64,000 bases of DNA from an uncultured Actinomycetes bacterium (GCA_963783345.1 CAWANE010000020.1:36236-100235), one strand, 5' to 3'. Shown: positions 18,096 to 26,320, numbered from the stretch's first letter. The notes: generated by a model from the letters alone, not told the origin. Program-made: numbers and translations.

Positions 18096-18348
18096 GCGGT
18101 CAGCTTAGTTACCCGGCGAAGCTCAGTGTGCTTCCTGTGCCCCTCCTTCTCTCGCCTGCGCGAGGCGGAAAACGTCCGCCAGGTGACGAGGAGAGTGCCC
18201 GCGTCTGCGCAAGCGCCGGAAGGCATGGGCGTCGTGAGCGGGCGGGGCGGGCAGCGCAACCAGCACCAAGAGGTAGCTTGGCCTTCAGCCGCTAGCTCTC
18301 CAGCCGATCAAGGACGCTGTCCTTTGGCGCTGCCACCGCAACTCCAAA

Positions 18349-18999
18349 CTACGCGGCGGCAGCCTCCGACGCCAACTTGTCGACCGCCGGTAGCGCGCGG
18401 AGCATCGCCAGCACGGCCCAGACAATCACTTCTGCGACCGGCCTGTCAACCGAGCGAGCAACATCTTCAAGGGACAAGCGATGGGAGAAGATATGGGTCA
18501 GAACGACCTTCTCCACGTGTGGCAGGTTGGGAAGAATCTCGATCAGGTACACAGCGGCTGGGCCAAGCGAATCCAGCCGCGTGTTGCCGTATTCGTAGAG
18601 CCTCGTCAACTGATCGCAAAGCTCATCAACGGTCACTTCCGCAAAGTCGGCCAACTCGTCCCGGCCAGCGTCATGCCCGAGGTGCTCCGTCGCAGAGTCG
18701 AGCATCTCGGCCCACCTCCCGAACTGGACGGCTGCGTCATACCTTGGCCTGGCCTCATTGAGAAGCCGGTAAAGAGTGGGGCGGCTGTAGCCCGTTAGGC
18801 GCGAGATCTCCGCGATTGAGAGCCCGGTGTCAGCGGCACCCGGCAGCAATTCGATGATTCGCTTCGTCGCCATGTCTGCGGACTGAAGATGCTGCTGCCG
18901 GTCATTCGACGCCGCGTTTAGCTCATGACGGTAGAGGGCGAGCTGGGCGTCGCGGCCCTGACGGCCCCGCCGGTCGCGTTCGTCAAAGAGAGTGCTCAT
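18349..18999 (-). CDS. HTH DNA-binding protein (resolvase-type HTH), co-directional with the nuclease gene
   Basis: LSIAEISRLTGYSRPTLYRLL, plus a second HTH-like segment LSLEDVARSVDRPVAEVIVW. Confidence 0.65.
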   Translation of the reverse strand: MSTLFDERDRRGRQGRDAQLALYRHELNAASNDRQQHLQSADMATKRIIELLPGAADTGLSIAEISRLTGYSRPTLYRLLNEARPRYDAAVQFGRWAEMLDSATEHLGHDAGRDELADFAEVTVDELCDQLTRLYEYGNTRLDSLGPAAVYLIEILPNLPHVEKVVLTHIFSHRLSLEDVARSVDRPVAEVIVWAVLAMLRALPAVDKLASEAAAA

Positions 19000-19132
19000 A
19001 GAACGAGATTATCATTACTTTACATTTTATGTCCACCAAGGCACCGAGGGCGCGCCCGAGATTGACGGGAGGCTGATGGGCAACTAGCTTGCCCTGCCGG
19101 AAGGCGTTTCTCTGGGTGAGGGAGCGAATCGG
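19000..19132. promoter_or_regulatory. AT-rich divergent promoter region between the HTH gene and the helicase gene
   Basis: AGAACGAGATTATCATTACTTTACATTTTATGTCC is conspicuously AT-rich against the G+C-rich background. Confidence 0.45.
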
Positions 19133-21034
19133 ATGGCTGATTTCCGTCCGTCGAGCGAGCAGACTGCGATTCTTGGGCACGATTCGAGTACGCATGCATG
19201 CGTACTTGCTGGACCTGGAACCGGAAAGAGCGCGACGTTGGTGGCGTGGCTGGACGGACTGCTCGGGCGGGATGATCCTCCCAAGGTCAGACTCCTAACC
19301 TTTACGCGCGCGGCCACCGCGGAGCTTGCGGGAAAGGTACTCGACCACGACACCCTCGCCGCAGAGAAGCCGAGCACCGTTCACTCGTTTGCGATTTCGG
19401 TCCTCATGCAGAATGAAGGAGCCGGAGACTTCCCAGAGCCGCTCCGCATGGCCGACGATTGGGAGAGGGATCAAATCGTTGAACAATCGCTCGCCCGCCG
19501 CGCCAAAGTCAACAAGAGGAGAATCCGACACCTCATTGCGGAGATGGCGGCAGCATGGGAGTCGCTGAACGAGGAGGAGGACCCGAAGGTCGATCCGAAG
19601 GAGCGCGCGCGGTTCCTGGGCGTTTGGAACGAGCATCGGACGATCTTCGGGTACACGCTGCTCGCCGAGCTGCCCTACGCACTCCTCACGGCGCTTGAAA
19701 ACCATCCGGATCTTCGCGGCCTCGACTTCGATCTGCTGATCGTTGACGAGTACCAGGACCTCAACGCCTGCGACCTCGCGCTGCTAAAGCAGATTGCCGA
19801 TCGCGGATGCACGGTGGTCGGAGCCGGCGACGACGACCAGTCGATCTACTCGTTCCGGAAAGCCGATCCCGCCGGAATTCGCCGGTTCGAGGATGACTAT
19901 CCGGAGGCCATCACCTATCCGCTTTCTGTGTCCCGACGGTGCGGACGGAGCATTCTCGATTGGGCCTCGTACGTCATCGAGGGGGATATCGATCGACCGG
20001 ATAAGCGTCGGCTTAGCTGCCCGGAGGGAGCCGGCGATGGCGAGGTTTCCCTACTGGCCTTCGCCGGCCAGAAATCGGAAGCGACGGGCATCGCTCAACT
20101 GACCAAGCAACTCATCGACCGGGACGGGCTGGAAGCCAAAGACATTCTGATCCTCCTACGCGGCGACTACAACAGCCAGTTCAGCGGAGCGATCAAGGCG
20201 GCCCTGGAGAAGGAGGGGATTCCCTACTCCGATCCCGAGGCTCTCAAACAGCTGCTCGCAAGCCAGGCCAACCGCTGGGTGCTGGAGATCATGCGCCTGG
20301 TTGCCAATCCGAGTGACTCGATTGCGTGGGCCTCCCTGTTGCATCTCACCAGTGGCATCAGCGACTCCTTCATAGATGGGATCTACGACGAGGCTAAGAA
20401 GAAGGGGGTCTCCTTCAGTGCCGCGCTAATGCGAATGCGAGACACGGCTTTCCCTGAGCTTCCCGCCCCGTCGGCGAGCAAGGCTGAGACGTTGATCGCT
20501 GCTATAGAGGAGTGGTTAAGCTCGATCGACGCGCCTGACGAGACTCCGGATGGCGGGTGGGGGCAGTGGATCATCGAATCGGTCGGCAACTCGATCGTGC
20601 CGATTCCAAGTGATGAGCTGATTGAACTGCTGGGCGAGCTGGATGGTCTCATGGAGCGATCGCAAGACCTCGGCAGATACCTTGGCCAGATCACTCCCCT
20701 CGGCAAGGACATTGCCACCGCTAAAGCTGAGGGTGTGCGGGTGATGTCGATGGCCAGTTCGAAGGGCCTCACGGTCGGGGCGACCATCGTCGCTGCCGCC
20801 GAGAACGACATCATCCCGCGGCCCGAAGCCCCAAACGACGAGGAGCGGCGACTCCTCTACGTAGCGATGACCCGAGCTACGGACCACCTCTTTGTCACCT
20901 GGTCGCGAATGCGCCGAGGACCTACCGCCCGCGCGGGCCGTGGCCGAGCCAACGCGAAACGCCGTCACTCGCAATTCCTTGATGGGGGGCCGGTGCGATC
21001 CCGGGACGGTAACGCCTACCTTGCCGGACGGTAG
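19133..21034 (+). CDS. UvrD/Rep/PcrA-type SF1 DNA helicase
   Basis: Walker A AGPGTGKSAT, motif II LIVDEYQDLN, GDDDQSIYSFR, and C-terminal YVAMTRATDHLFV. Confidence 0.9.
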   Translation: MADFRPSSEQTAILGHDSSTHACVLAGPGTGKSATLVAWLDGLLGRDDPPKVRLLTFTRAATAELAGKVLDHDTLAAEKPSTVHSFAISVLMQNEGAGDFPEPLRMADDWERDQIVEQSLARRAKVNKRRIRHLIAEMAAAWESLNEEEDPKVDPKERARFLGVWNEHRTIFGYTLLAELPYALLTALENHPDLRGLDFDLLIVDEYQDLNACDLALLKQIADRGCTVVGAGDDDQSIYSFRKADPAGIRRFEDDYPEAITYPLSVSRRCGRSILDWASYVIEGDIDRPDKRRLSCPEGAGDGEVSLLAFAGQKSEATGIAQLTKQLIDRDGLEAKDILILLRGDYNSQFSGAIKAALEKEGIPYSDPEALKQLLASQANRWVLEIMRLVANPSDSIAWASLLHLTSGISDSFIDGIYDEAKKKGVSFSAALMRMRDTAFPELPAPSASKAETLIAAIEEWLSSIDAPDETPDGGWGQWIIESVGNSIVPIPSDELIELLGELDGLMERSQDLGRYLGQITPLGKDIATAKAEGVRVMSMASSKGLTVGATIVAAAENDIIPRPEAPNDEERRLLYVAMTRATDHLFVTWSRMRRGPTARAGRGRANAKRRHSQFLDGGPVRSRDGNAYLAGR

Positions 21035-21128
21035 CTGATCCACACCGCGACCAAGGTCTTCGACACAAGGCCGTCAACCTAGGTCTGCGTATCCGGCCAA
21101 GCCGGAGGTGAGTCTCGAGGCTCGACGC

Positions 21129-22025
21129 CTAATCCTCCGAGGAGCCGTCGACATATCCGCGGCGGCGGCATTGCCGCAGCAGGTCGTCGACGTATCCATG
21201 GGCATCGGCCGCACCCGCGTCTAGGTCCCCACCCGGCTCGCCGTCGAACTCAGCGGCCCGGAGGGGGCCGTGGCTGTCGGACGAAGCGAAATCCGAACCG
21301 AGTCTGCCCAGGGCCTCAGCGACGATCCCCAGGTCGGTCTCTGCATGGCGGCCGAGCCGCTCGACTATGTCGGCGATACCACTCGGCCACCGTCGCAGGA
21401 CGTAGATGAGGTCGAAGGCGTCCTTCGGCTCGCCGCGATCGTGGAACGCGAGCGCCTTCAAGACGACAAAGGTGGCGGGTCCACAGACGGGGATCACCCT
21501 CTTCACTCGCTCGCCTTTCAAGGTGTGCCCGTCGAGGAGAACGTCCTCGCGCTCGTTCTGGGCGAGCTGCAGGCCCGGCGTGATGATGGCGCTCAGATCT
21601 CCCTCCAAGGGCTGCATGCGTCGGTCGTTATCGATCCCGGGGAGCGGCGGTAGGAGGAAGTCGATGGTGACCTTCAACGAGCCCAGTTTCCAGCGCTGTG
21701 GGGTCGGGTTGCCTTTGCTGTTTTTGTCCGGTCCGAAACCCTCCTGGCGCAGTCGCTCGCCGAGCTCGGCGTACTGCTCGTCGTCGAGCAAGGCGATCGC
21801 GAGGGCGACATCCAGGTCGTTGGTCCCCGGATGGCCCGCTTCGGTCTCAGGGTCGGGGCCGATGTCGTGGTCGATGAGGAGGCTCGGCACAAGTCCGCCG
21901 ACGATGCAGATCCGATCCATCAGCGCGCCCAGCGTGATCGCCACCGTCAGGAGCGCAGCTTCGACCTGTTCGGTCTCCTCCCGGCTGTAGCCGCTGCGGT
22001 GCCTGGGCTTCCGAGTCTCAGCCAT
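21129..22025 (-). CDS. abiEii: Nucleotidyltransferase, AbiEii/AbiGii-type toxin
   Basis: NTase motif GHPGTNDLDVALA. About 298 aa, and overlaps the upstream AbiEi-like gene by 8 nt. Confidence 0.7.
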   Translation of the reverse strand: MAETRKPRHRSGYSREETEQVEAALLTVAITLGALMDRICIVGGLVPSLLIDHDIGPDPETEAGHPGTNDLDVALAIALLDDEQYAELGERLRQEGFGPDKNSKGNPTPQRWKLGSLKVTIDFLLPPLPGIDNDRRMQPLEGDLSAIITPGLQLAQNEREDVLLDGHTLKGERVKRVIPVCGPATFVVLKALAFHDRGEPKDAFDLIYVLRRWPSGIADIVERLGRHAETDLGIVAEALGRLGSDFASSDSHGPLRAAEFDGEPGGDLDAGAADAHGYVDDLLRQCRRRGYVDGSSED

Positions 22026-23067
22026 GCCAGGCCATCTGTTCGGCGCGCAGTTGGTCGGCTGCCTCTCTCGAACGTTCGGGCAGGTTCAGCAAGTCGAGGT
22101 AGACCTGGACAGGGGCGACACATGGGAGGCCGTCATACTCCTCCCCGCCGGCGAGGACACCGTCGTCGTCGGGCCCCAGGAGCTGGACGTTCGCCCCTTT
22201 GTCGCCGATTCGGATCTCGGTCTTTTCAGCGGCGGCACGGGGGTCGCCCTCCACGTAGACGCTGGTTAGGCGGAAGCGGGCGAAGTGCGACATCGCCCAG
22301 GCGGCCGGCAGCCCCGTGAACGCATGGGTGATATCCGCGTCGGCGAGGCGATCGTCGAGCTCGCGGGCGATCTCGATCCCGCCGCCGCTCAGATGCCCGA
22401 GGACGGCCTGGTGCCGGTCGAAGCGGTAGTCCTCCGCCCAGGCGTCGAGCAGCAGATCAGGGTTCCGCGGCCGCAACTCCCGATTGCGACGCTCGAGCAG
22501 AGCCTCGTCGCCAAGCCTCCGGACGATCCGTGAGACGTTCCCGTCGTCTAAGCCCGTGGTCTCGGCCAGGTCCTTCTGGCGCCACCACCGGTTTGGGTCG
22601 AGAAGGAGGGTCCTCGTGATGCGGGCGCTCTTCGGGGCAAAAGGAGAGGACGGCCTGCCAGCCGCGCGAAGCCGGTCGGGCTGTCCCTTGACCCAGACAT
22701 GGAGGCCCTCATCGCGGATGTGGGCGTTGCCAGACAGGTCCAACCAGTTCAGTCGCAGTTGGTCCGCCGTTTCCGCCCCCGCCTTCGACATGAAGGGGAC
22801 GACGAGGATCGGAATGAAGTCTTCGTCGACCAGCTGGCCAAGCTGCGCTGCCGCGCGCTCGACCTGACCGGGGCGACTTGAGCTCTTGACCTCGATGGCC
22901 CACCGCCTGCCTCGGGTGTCGTCAGCCAGCAAATCGATCCCGCGGTCGTGCGGCCCGGCGTCGGGGAAGACATCGAGACCTTCCTCGTCTAGAAGCTCTG
23001 CGAGCAGGGATGGCAAAAGCCGGAGGGCTTCGCGCTCGATCGTTCTTGCATCGTTCTGCACCTGCAT
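22018..23067 (-). CDS. abiEi: AbiEi-like antitoxin/regulator with an extra N-terminal PD-(D/E)xK-like domain
   Basis: N-terminus RGIDLLADDTRGRRWAIEVKSS...AAAQLGQL, central wHTH KDLAETTGLDDGNVSRIVRRLGDEALL, and a C-terminal region of the length expected for AbiEi. Confidence 0.6.
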   Translation of the reverse strand: MQVQNDARTIEREALRLLPSLLAELLDEEGLDVFPDAGPHDRGIDLLADDTRGRRWAIEVKSSSRPGQVERAAAQLGQLVDEDFIPILVVPFMSKAGAETADQLRLNWLDLSGNAHIRDEGLHVWVKGQPDRLRAAGRPSSPFAPKSARITRTLLLDPNRWWRQKDLAETTGLDDGNVSRIVRRLGDEALLERRNRELRPRNPDLLLDAWAEDYRFDRHQAVLGHLSGGGIEIARELDDRLADADITHAFTGLPAAWAMSHFARFRLTSVYVEGDPRAAAEKTEIRIGDKGANVQLLGPDDDGVLAGGEEYDGLPCVAPVQVYLDLLNLPERSREAADQLRAEQMAWHG

Positions 23068-23150
23068 AAATATGCACTCCTGCTGTGCGCGGCAGGAGAC
23101 CTATTTTACACAGCCAGCGTCGTTTCCTGCAAATATTACCTCTCCTGCCG
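23068..23150 (-). promoter_or_regulatory. Putative abiE promoter/operator with repeated CTCCTGC boxes
   Basis: CTCCTGC at 23077-23083 and its inverse GCAGGAG at 23092-23098. A direct CTCCTGC copy lies at 23142-23148 and TTCCTGC at 23124-23130. TGCAT-AAAT-ATGCA spans the start codon. Confidence 0.4.
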
Positions 23151-23177
23151 TGCCCGGCAACTCGCGTCATTTACGCA

Positions 23178-23402
23178 GGAAGCGGACGAGGACGCTGGAC
23201 CGGAGAGCTTTGGGCACTCGAGGCCAGGAGTGCCCGAAACGCCCTAAATCGCCGTCAATCGGCTCCTATCCGCACTGCTTTCGACTCTCTGGCGCCTTGC
23301 AGAACTCCCTGCACATCGGAATGTTTTTCGCCAGGAATGCCGTCCAGGCGCGCGACATCGCACCCAGGAGGTCGGCGGTTCGAATCCGCCTAGTCCGCCT
23401 CC
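23178..23402 (+). ncRNA. tRNA-like element: canonical T-arm plus a long closing stem; not a canonical tRNA or tmRNA
   Basis: GGCGG-TTCGAAT-CCGCC (23374-23390) is preceded by AGGTC. The 3' TAGTCCGCCTCC (23391-23402) can pair 10/12 with GGAAGCGGACGA (23178-23189). I could not fold a D-arm or an anticodon arm. Confidence 0.3.
23210..23304 (+). repeat. Right copy of the diverged ~95-nt repeat (partner at 3-80)
   Basis: Same collinear blocks as listed for 3-80, lying inside the putative tRNA-like element. Confidence 0.4.
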
Positions 23403-23646
23403 GGATACTGCGTCGCCATGCGGCAAACTGGTATCTGAACCGAACTGCAGCACGCCGCGGGGAGCTGCCCGTTGCGTGGACCGCGGCGTTCGCCGGCACC
23501 TTGAGACGGTGCTGTGCACCCACGGCCTCTCGGTGGACCCGGACCTATCTCATGGCGTTCGGAACGTCCCTGGCCTACCAGTTAGATCAGGGGACCGATT
23601 TCAGTGGCCGGGCCACTGACGCTAACTAATCTGAGACGGTGTGCAG

Positions 23647-24372
23647 ATGCCGGCTGGCGCTTTGTCACGCAAGGAGCATGCGCTGGAGATGTTCGCGCAG
23701 CTGCCACGCAGCTACGACGAGGTGGCCGCGGCGTTCAGCTTCTTCCAGGATCCGCGCTGGCGCCGGGAGGCGGTCGAGGCGGTCGCGGCGGCGCCCGAGG
23801 ACCGCGTGCTCGACGTCGCCTGCGGCACCGGCCTGGTCAGCGCCGCCCTGGTGAAGCGCTGGGGCTGCCGGGTCGTCGGCCTCGACCAGAGCGTGGCGAT
23901 GCTGCGCCGCGCGCAGGCGCGGGCCGCCGCCGACCCGGCGTTGGCGCGGCGGGCGGAGTTCGTCGAGGGCGAAGCCGAGAGCCTGCCCTTCGCCGACCGC
24001 GAGTTCGACCACCTCACCTTCACCTACCTGCTGCGCTATGTCGAGGATCCGGCGGCGACCCTGCGCGAGCTGGCCCGGGTCGTCAAGCCCGGCGGCCGCG
24101 TTTCCAGCCTCGAGTTCTGCGTACCCGGAGGAGCCTGGCTGTGGCCCTGGCGCCTCTACACTCGCGTCGGCCTGCCGGCGCTGGGGCGGCTCGTCTCCCG
24201 CGGCTGGTTCGAGGCGGGCCGATTCCTCGGCCCGAGCATCGATGGTCTCTACCGCGCCTACCCGCTGCAGCGGCAGGTTGAGCTCTGGGAAGCAGCCGGG
24301 ATCGAGCGGGTCGTGGTGCGGCGGATGAGCCTCGGCGGCGGCGTCGTCATCTGGGGCACGGTTGCGAGCTGA
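23647..24372 (+). CDS. Class I SAM-dependent methyltransferase (UbiE/MenG-like)
   Basis: SAM motif VLDVACGTGLVS, and the length and layout of UbiE-type enzymes. Confidence 0.8.
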   Translation: MPAGALSRKEHALEMFAQLPRSYDEVAAAFSFFQDPRWRREAVEAVAAAPEDRVLDVACGTGLVSAALVKRWGCRVVGLDQSVAMLRRAQARAAADPALARRAEFVEGEAESLPFADREFDHLTFTYLLRYVEDPAATLRELARVVKPGGRVSSLEFCVPGGAWLWPWRLYTRVGLPALGRLVSRGWFEAGRFLGPSIDGLYRAYPLQRQVELWEAAGIERVVVRRMSLGGGVVIWGTVAS

Positions 24373-24400
24373 GCGCCCACCCCGCCCCGCCTTCTACGCC

Positions 24401-25111
24401 ATGGAGCCGGGCGGCTGGCGGGACCTGGTCACCGTTCTGCACCCTCCGTACACGCTCTGGCACGTCAGCAACGTCGCAATCGGGGCGGCGATGGCGCCCC
24501 ATATATATGCGGGCCGGCTGCTGGCCGCGATCGCCGCCTTCTTCCTCGCGGTCGGGGTCGGGGCGCACGCGATGGACGAGCTGCACGGCCGGCCGCTCGG
24601 TACCCGGCTCTCGCGCCGGGCCCTGATCCTCCTCTCCGTCGGCGGTCTCGGCGGCGGTCTCGCGATCGGTATCGCTGGCGCGATCGTCGTCTCCCCCACC
24701 CTGATCCCGCTGATCCTCGCCGGCGCCTTCATCGCCCCGGCCTACAACCTCGAGTGGTTCGGCGGCCGCTTCCACACCGACCTCTGGCTGGCCGTCTCCT
24801 GGGCCGGCTTCTCCTGCTTCACCGGCTGGTGGGTCAACGCCCTCGGCGTCCACTCGGCCAGGGAAGCGGTCGCCGTCGCCACCGCGGTGCTCGCCTGCGC
24901 CTTTCTCGTCACCGCCCAGCGCCGCCTCTCGACCCCGGTCCGCGAGCTCCGCCGCCGCACCGTCGCGCTCGAGGGCGAGCAGCGCCTCGCCGACGGCAGC
25001 GTGCGGGAGCTCAGCGCCGCGGGCCTTTCGGCGCCGCTCGACGGAGCCCTGAAGGCGCTCTCGATCGCGGTGCCGCTGCTGGCCGTTGCGCTGGTGGTCA
25101 TTCGGGCGTAG
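24401..25111 (+). CDS. Polytopic membrane protein of unknown function
   Basis: Multiple hydrophobic helices. ATG 24401 is chosen. Tightly follows the methyltransferase gene. Confidence 0.6.
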   Translation: MEPGGWRDLVTVLHPPYTLWHVSNVAIGAAMAPHIYAGRLLAAIAAFFLAVGVGAHAMDELHGRPLGTRLSRRALILLSVGGLGGGLAIGIAGAIVVSPTLIPLILAGAFIAPAYNLEWFGGRFHTDLWLAVSWAGFSCFTGWWVNALGVHSAREAVAVATAVLACAFLVTAQRRLSTPVRELRRRTVALEGEQRLADGSVRELSAAGLSAPLDGALKALSIAVPLLAVALVVIRA

Positions 25112-25324
25112 GGACGCCGATGCCGGTCGAGGATCCATCCTGGAGCGACCACCGTCTCGTGCGGCGCAGGCCGTCGGCGCCGACCGCCACCGCGGCGACC
25201 GCGTCGGGCGGCGGCGGGCTCCCCCGGCTTCTCGCGGACATGAGCCCCGTCGACCTCAGCTCCGGTTTGCCGCATGCAACTCCCGGCCTCGGGGACCGAG
25301 TGTGGAGGCCGCGCTGGATCTCGT

Positions 25325-26320
25325 CTACCGACCTGTGAGCCTCAGCGACAATTGGGAAGCCGGTTGGCTAGATGACGAGCCCACTCCCCGGAGCCTCCGC
25401 ACGACACGGTAGACCTGGCCGATGATCAGCTTGGGCTGGCTGAACATGACGTAGTGCGAGCTGCGCTTGGCGACCACGTGGACGGCGTTTGGGGTCAGCC
25501 GCGCGAGCCTGGCTTGCGCCAGTTGCCAGGCCCGCTCGACGACCGCCGTGGTGAGGCCGGCCGGGAGGCCTTCCGGCAGCGGCAGGGGCAGGGCGCGCGA
25601 GATCACGCTGAGGGGGATGTCGGGGAGGGGGCGGCGGCGGTCCGCGCGGCGCATCTCGGCGAAGCTCGGGCGGAAGAGGATCTGCTCGAGGTCCGGATAG
25701 TCGACGCCTTCGAGCGGGCCGTTGTTGAGCTTGTCGTAGGCGGCGATCTGCGCGCGGCTCAGTCGGCCCTGGAGGAACTCGGAGAGGGCGTCGACCAGGA
25801 CCATCCCGATCACTTCGCGCCGATGGGTGGCGGCGTAGAGGCGGACGATCAAGCCCCCGGTCGAGTGGCCGACGAGGACGTAGGGGCCGGGGATGCGCGC
25901 GGCCTTCAGCGCCGCGTGGAGGTCGGAGACCGCGGCGGCCGCGGTGCGCGGCATCGGCACCGGCGAGCTGCGGCTGAACTCGGTCGGCCCGAGGGTGGTC
26001 CCGGGACGATCGATCGCGCAGACGCGGGTGAGCCTCGCGACCCCAGGAAGCACCGTCGGCCCGGGCGGCGTTTCGTCCGTCCGCTCGCTCCAGAAGTCGG
26101 AGCGGCTGCGCAGCCCCGCTTCGAGGATCACGGTCGGGCCGCCGCGGCCGTGGCACTCCATGTAGATCGTCCGGCCGTGGCCGATGCCGACGGACCCGGC
26201 GAAGTCACCTTTCCTCAGCGGCGAGTCCGGGGTCGCGGCCGCGGCCGAGGCGGCGGGGCCGGCGCCGATGAGCCCGCAGAGGACGCCGATCGTGGCGAGC
26301 CTCCTGCCGAGAGCGATCAT
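25325..26320 (-). CDS. Secreted alpha/beta hydrolase
   Basis: Signal peptide IGVLCGLIGAGPAASAAAA and nucleophile elbow VGHSTGG. Confidence 0.8.
   Translation of the reverse strand: MIALGRRLATIGVLCGLIGAGPAASAAAATPDSPLRKGDFAGSVGIGHGRTIYMECHGRGGPTVILEAGLRSRSDFWSERTDETPPGPTVLPGVARLTRVCAIDRPGTTLGPTEFSRSSPVPMPRTAAAAVSDLHAALKAARIPGPYVLVGHSTGGLIVRLYAATHRREVIGMVLVDALSEFLQGRLSRAQIAAYDKLNNGPLEGVDYPDLEQILFRPSFAEMRRADRRRPLPDIPLSVISRALPLPLPEGLPAGLTTAVVERAWQLAQARLARLTPNAVHVVAKRSSHYVMFSQPKLIIGQVYRVVRRLRGVGSSSSQPASQLSLRLTGR

Noticed and set aside
18065-18259. 64-aa ORF upstream of the nuclease gene as a possible frameshifted N-terminus
   Set aside because: The peptide (MRCPPRPLTTPMPSG...) is low-complexity with no homology-like features. 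All three frames carry stops just upstream of 18105, so a simple frameshift fusion would not extend the nuclease domain meaningfully.
23178-23402. tmRNA (ssrA) interpretation of the T-arm element
   Set aside because: No GGGG... 5' acceptor and no G3:U70-compatible pairing. No tag-like reading frame ends in hydrophobic residues before a stop. The length is far below that of typical actinobacterial tmRNAs. The shared GGAATGCCGT and TTTCGAC strings with tmRNA sequences I remember look coincidental.
23300-23402. Canonical tRNA, tRNA-Sec or a tRNA interrupted by a group I intron
   Set aside because: No 7-bp acceptor partner lies within ~75-95 nt upstream of the T-arm. The segment before AGGTC does not form an anticodon stem. 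The 225-nt span would leave only ~150 nt for an intron, which is too short for group I.
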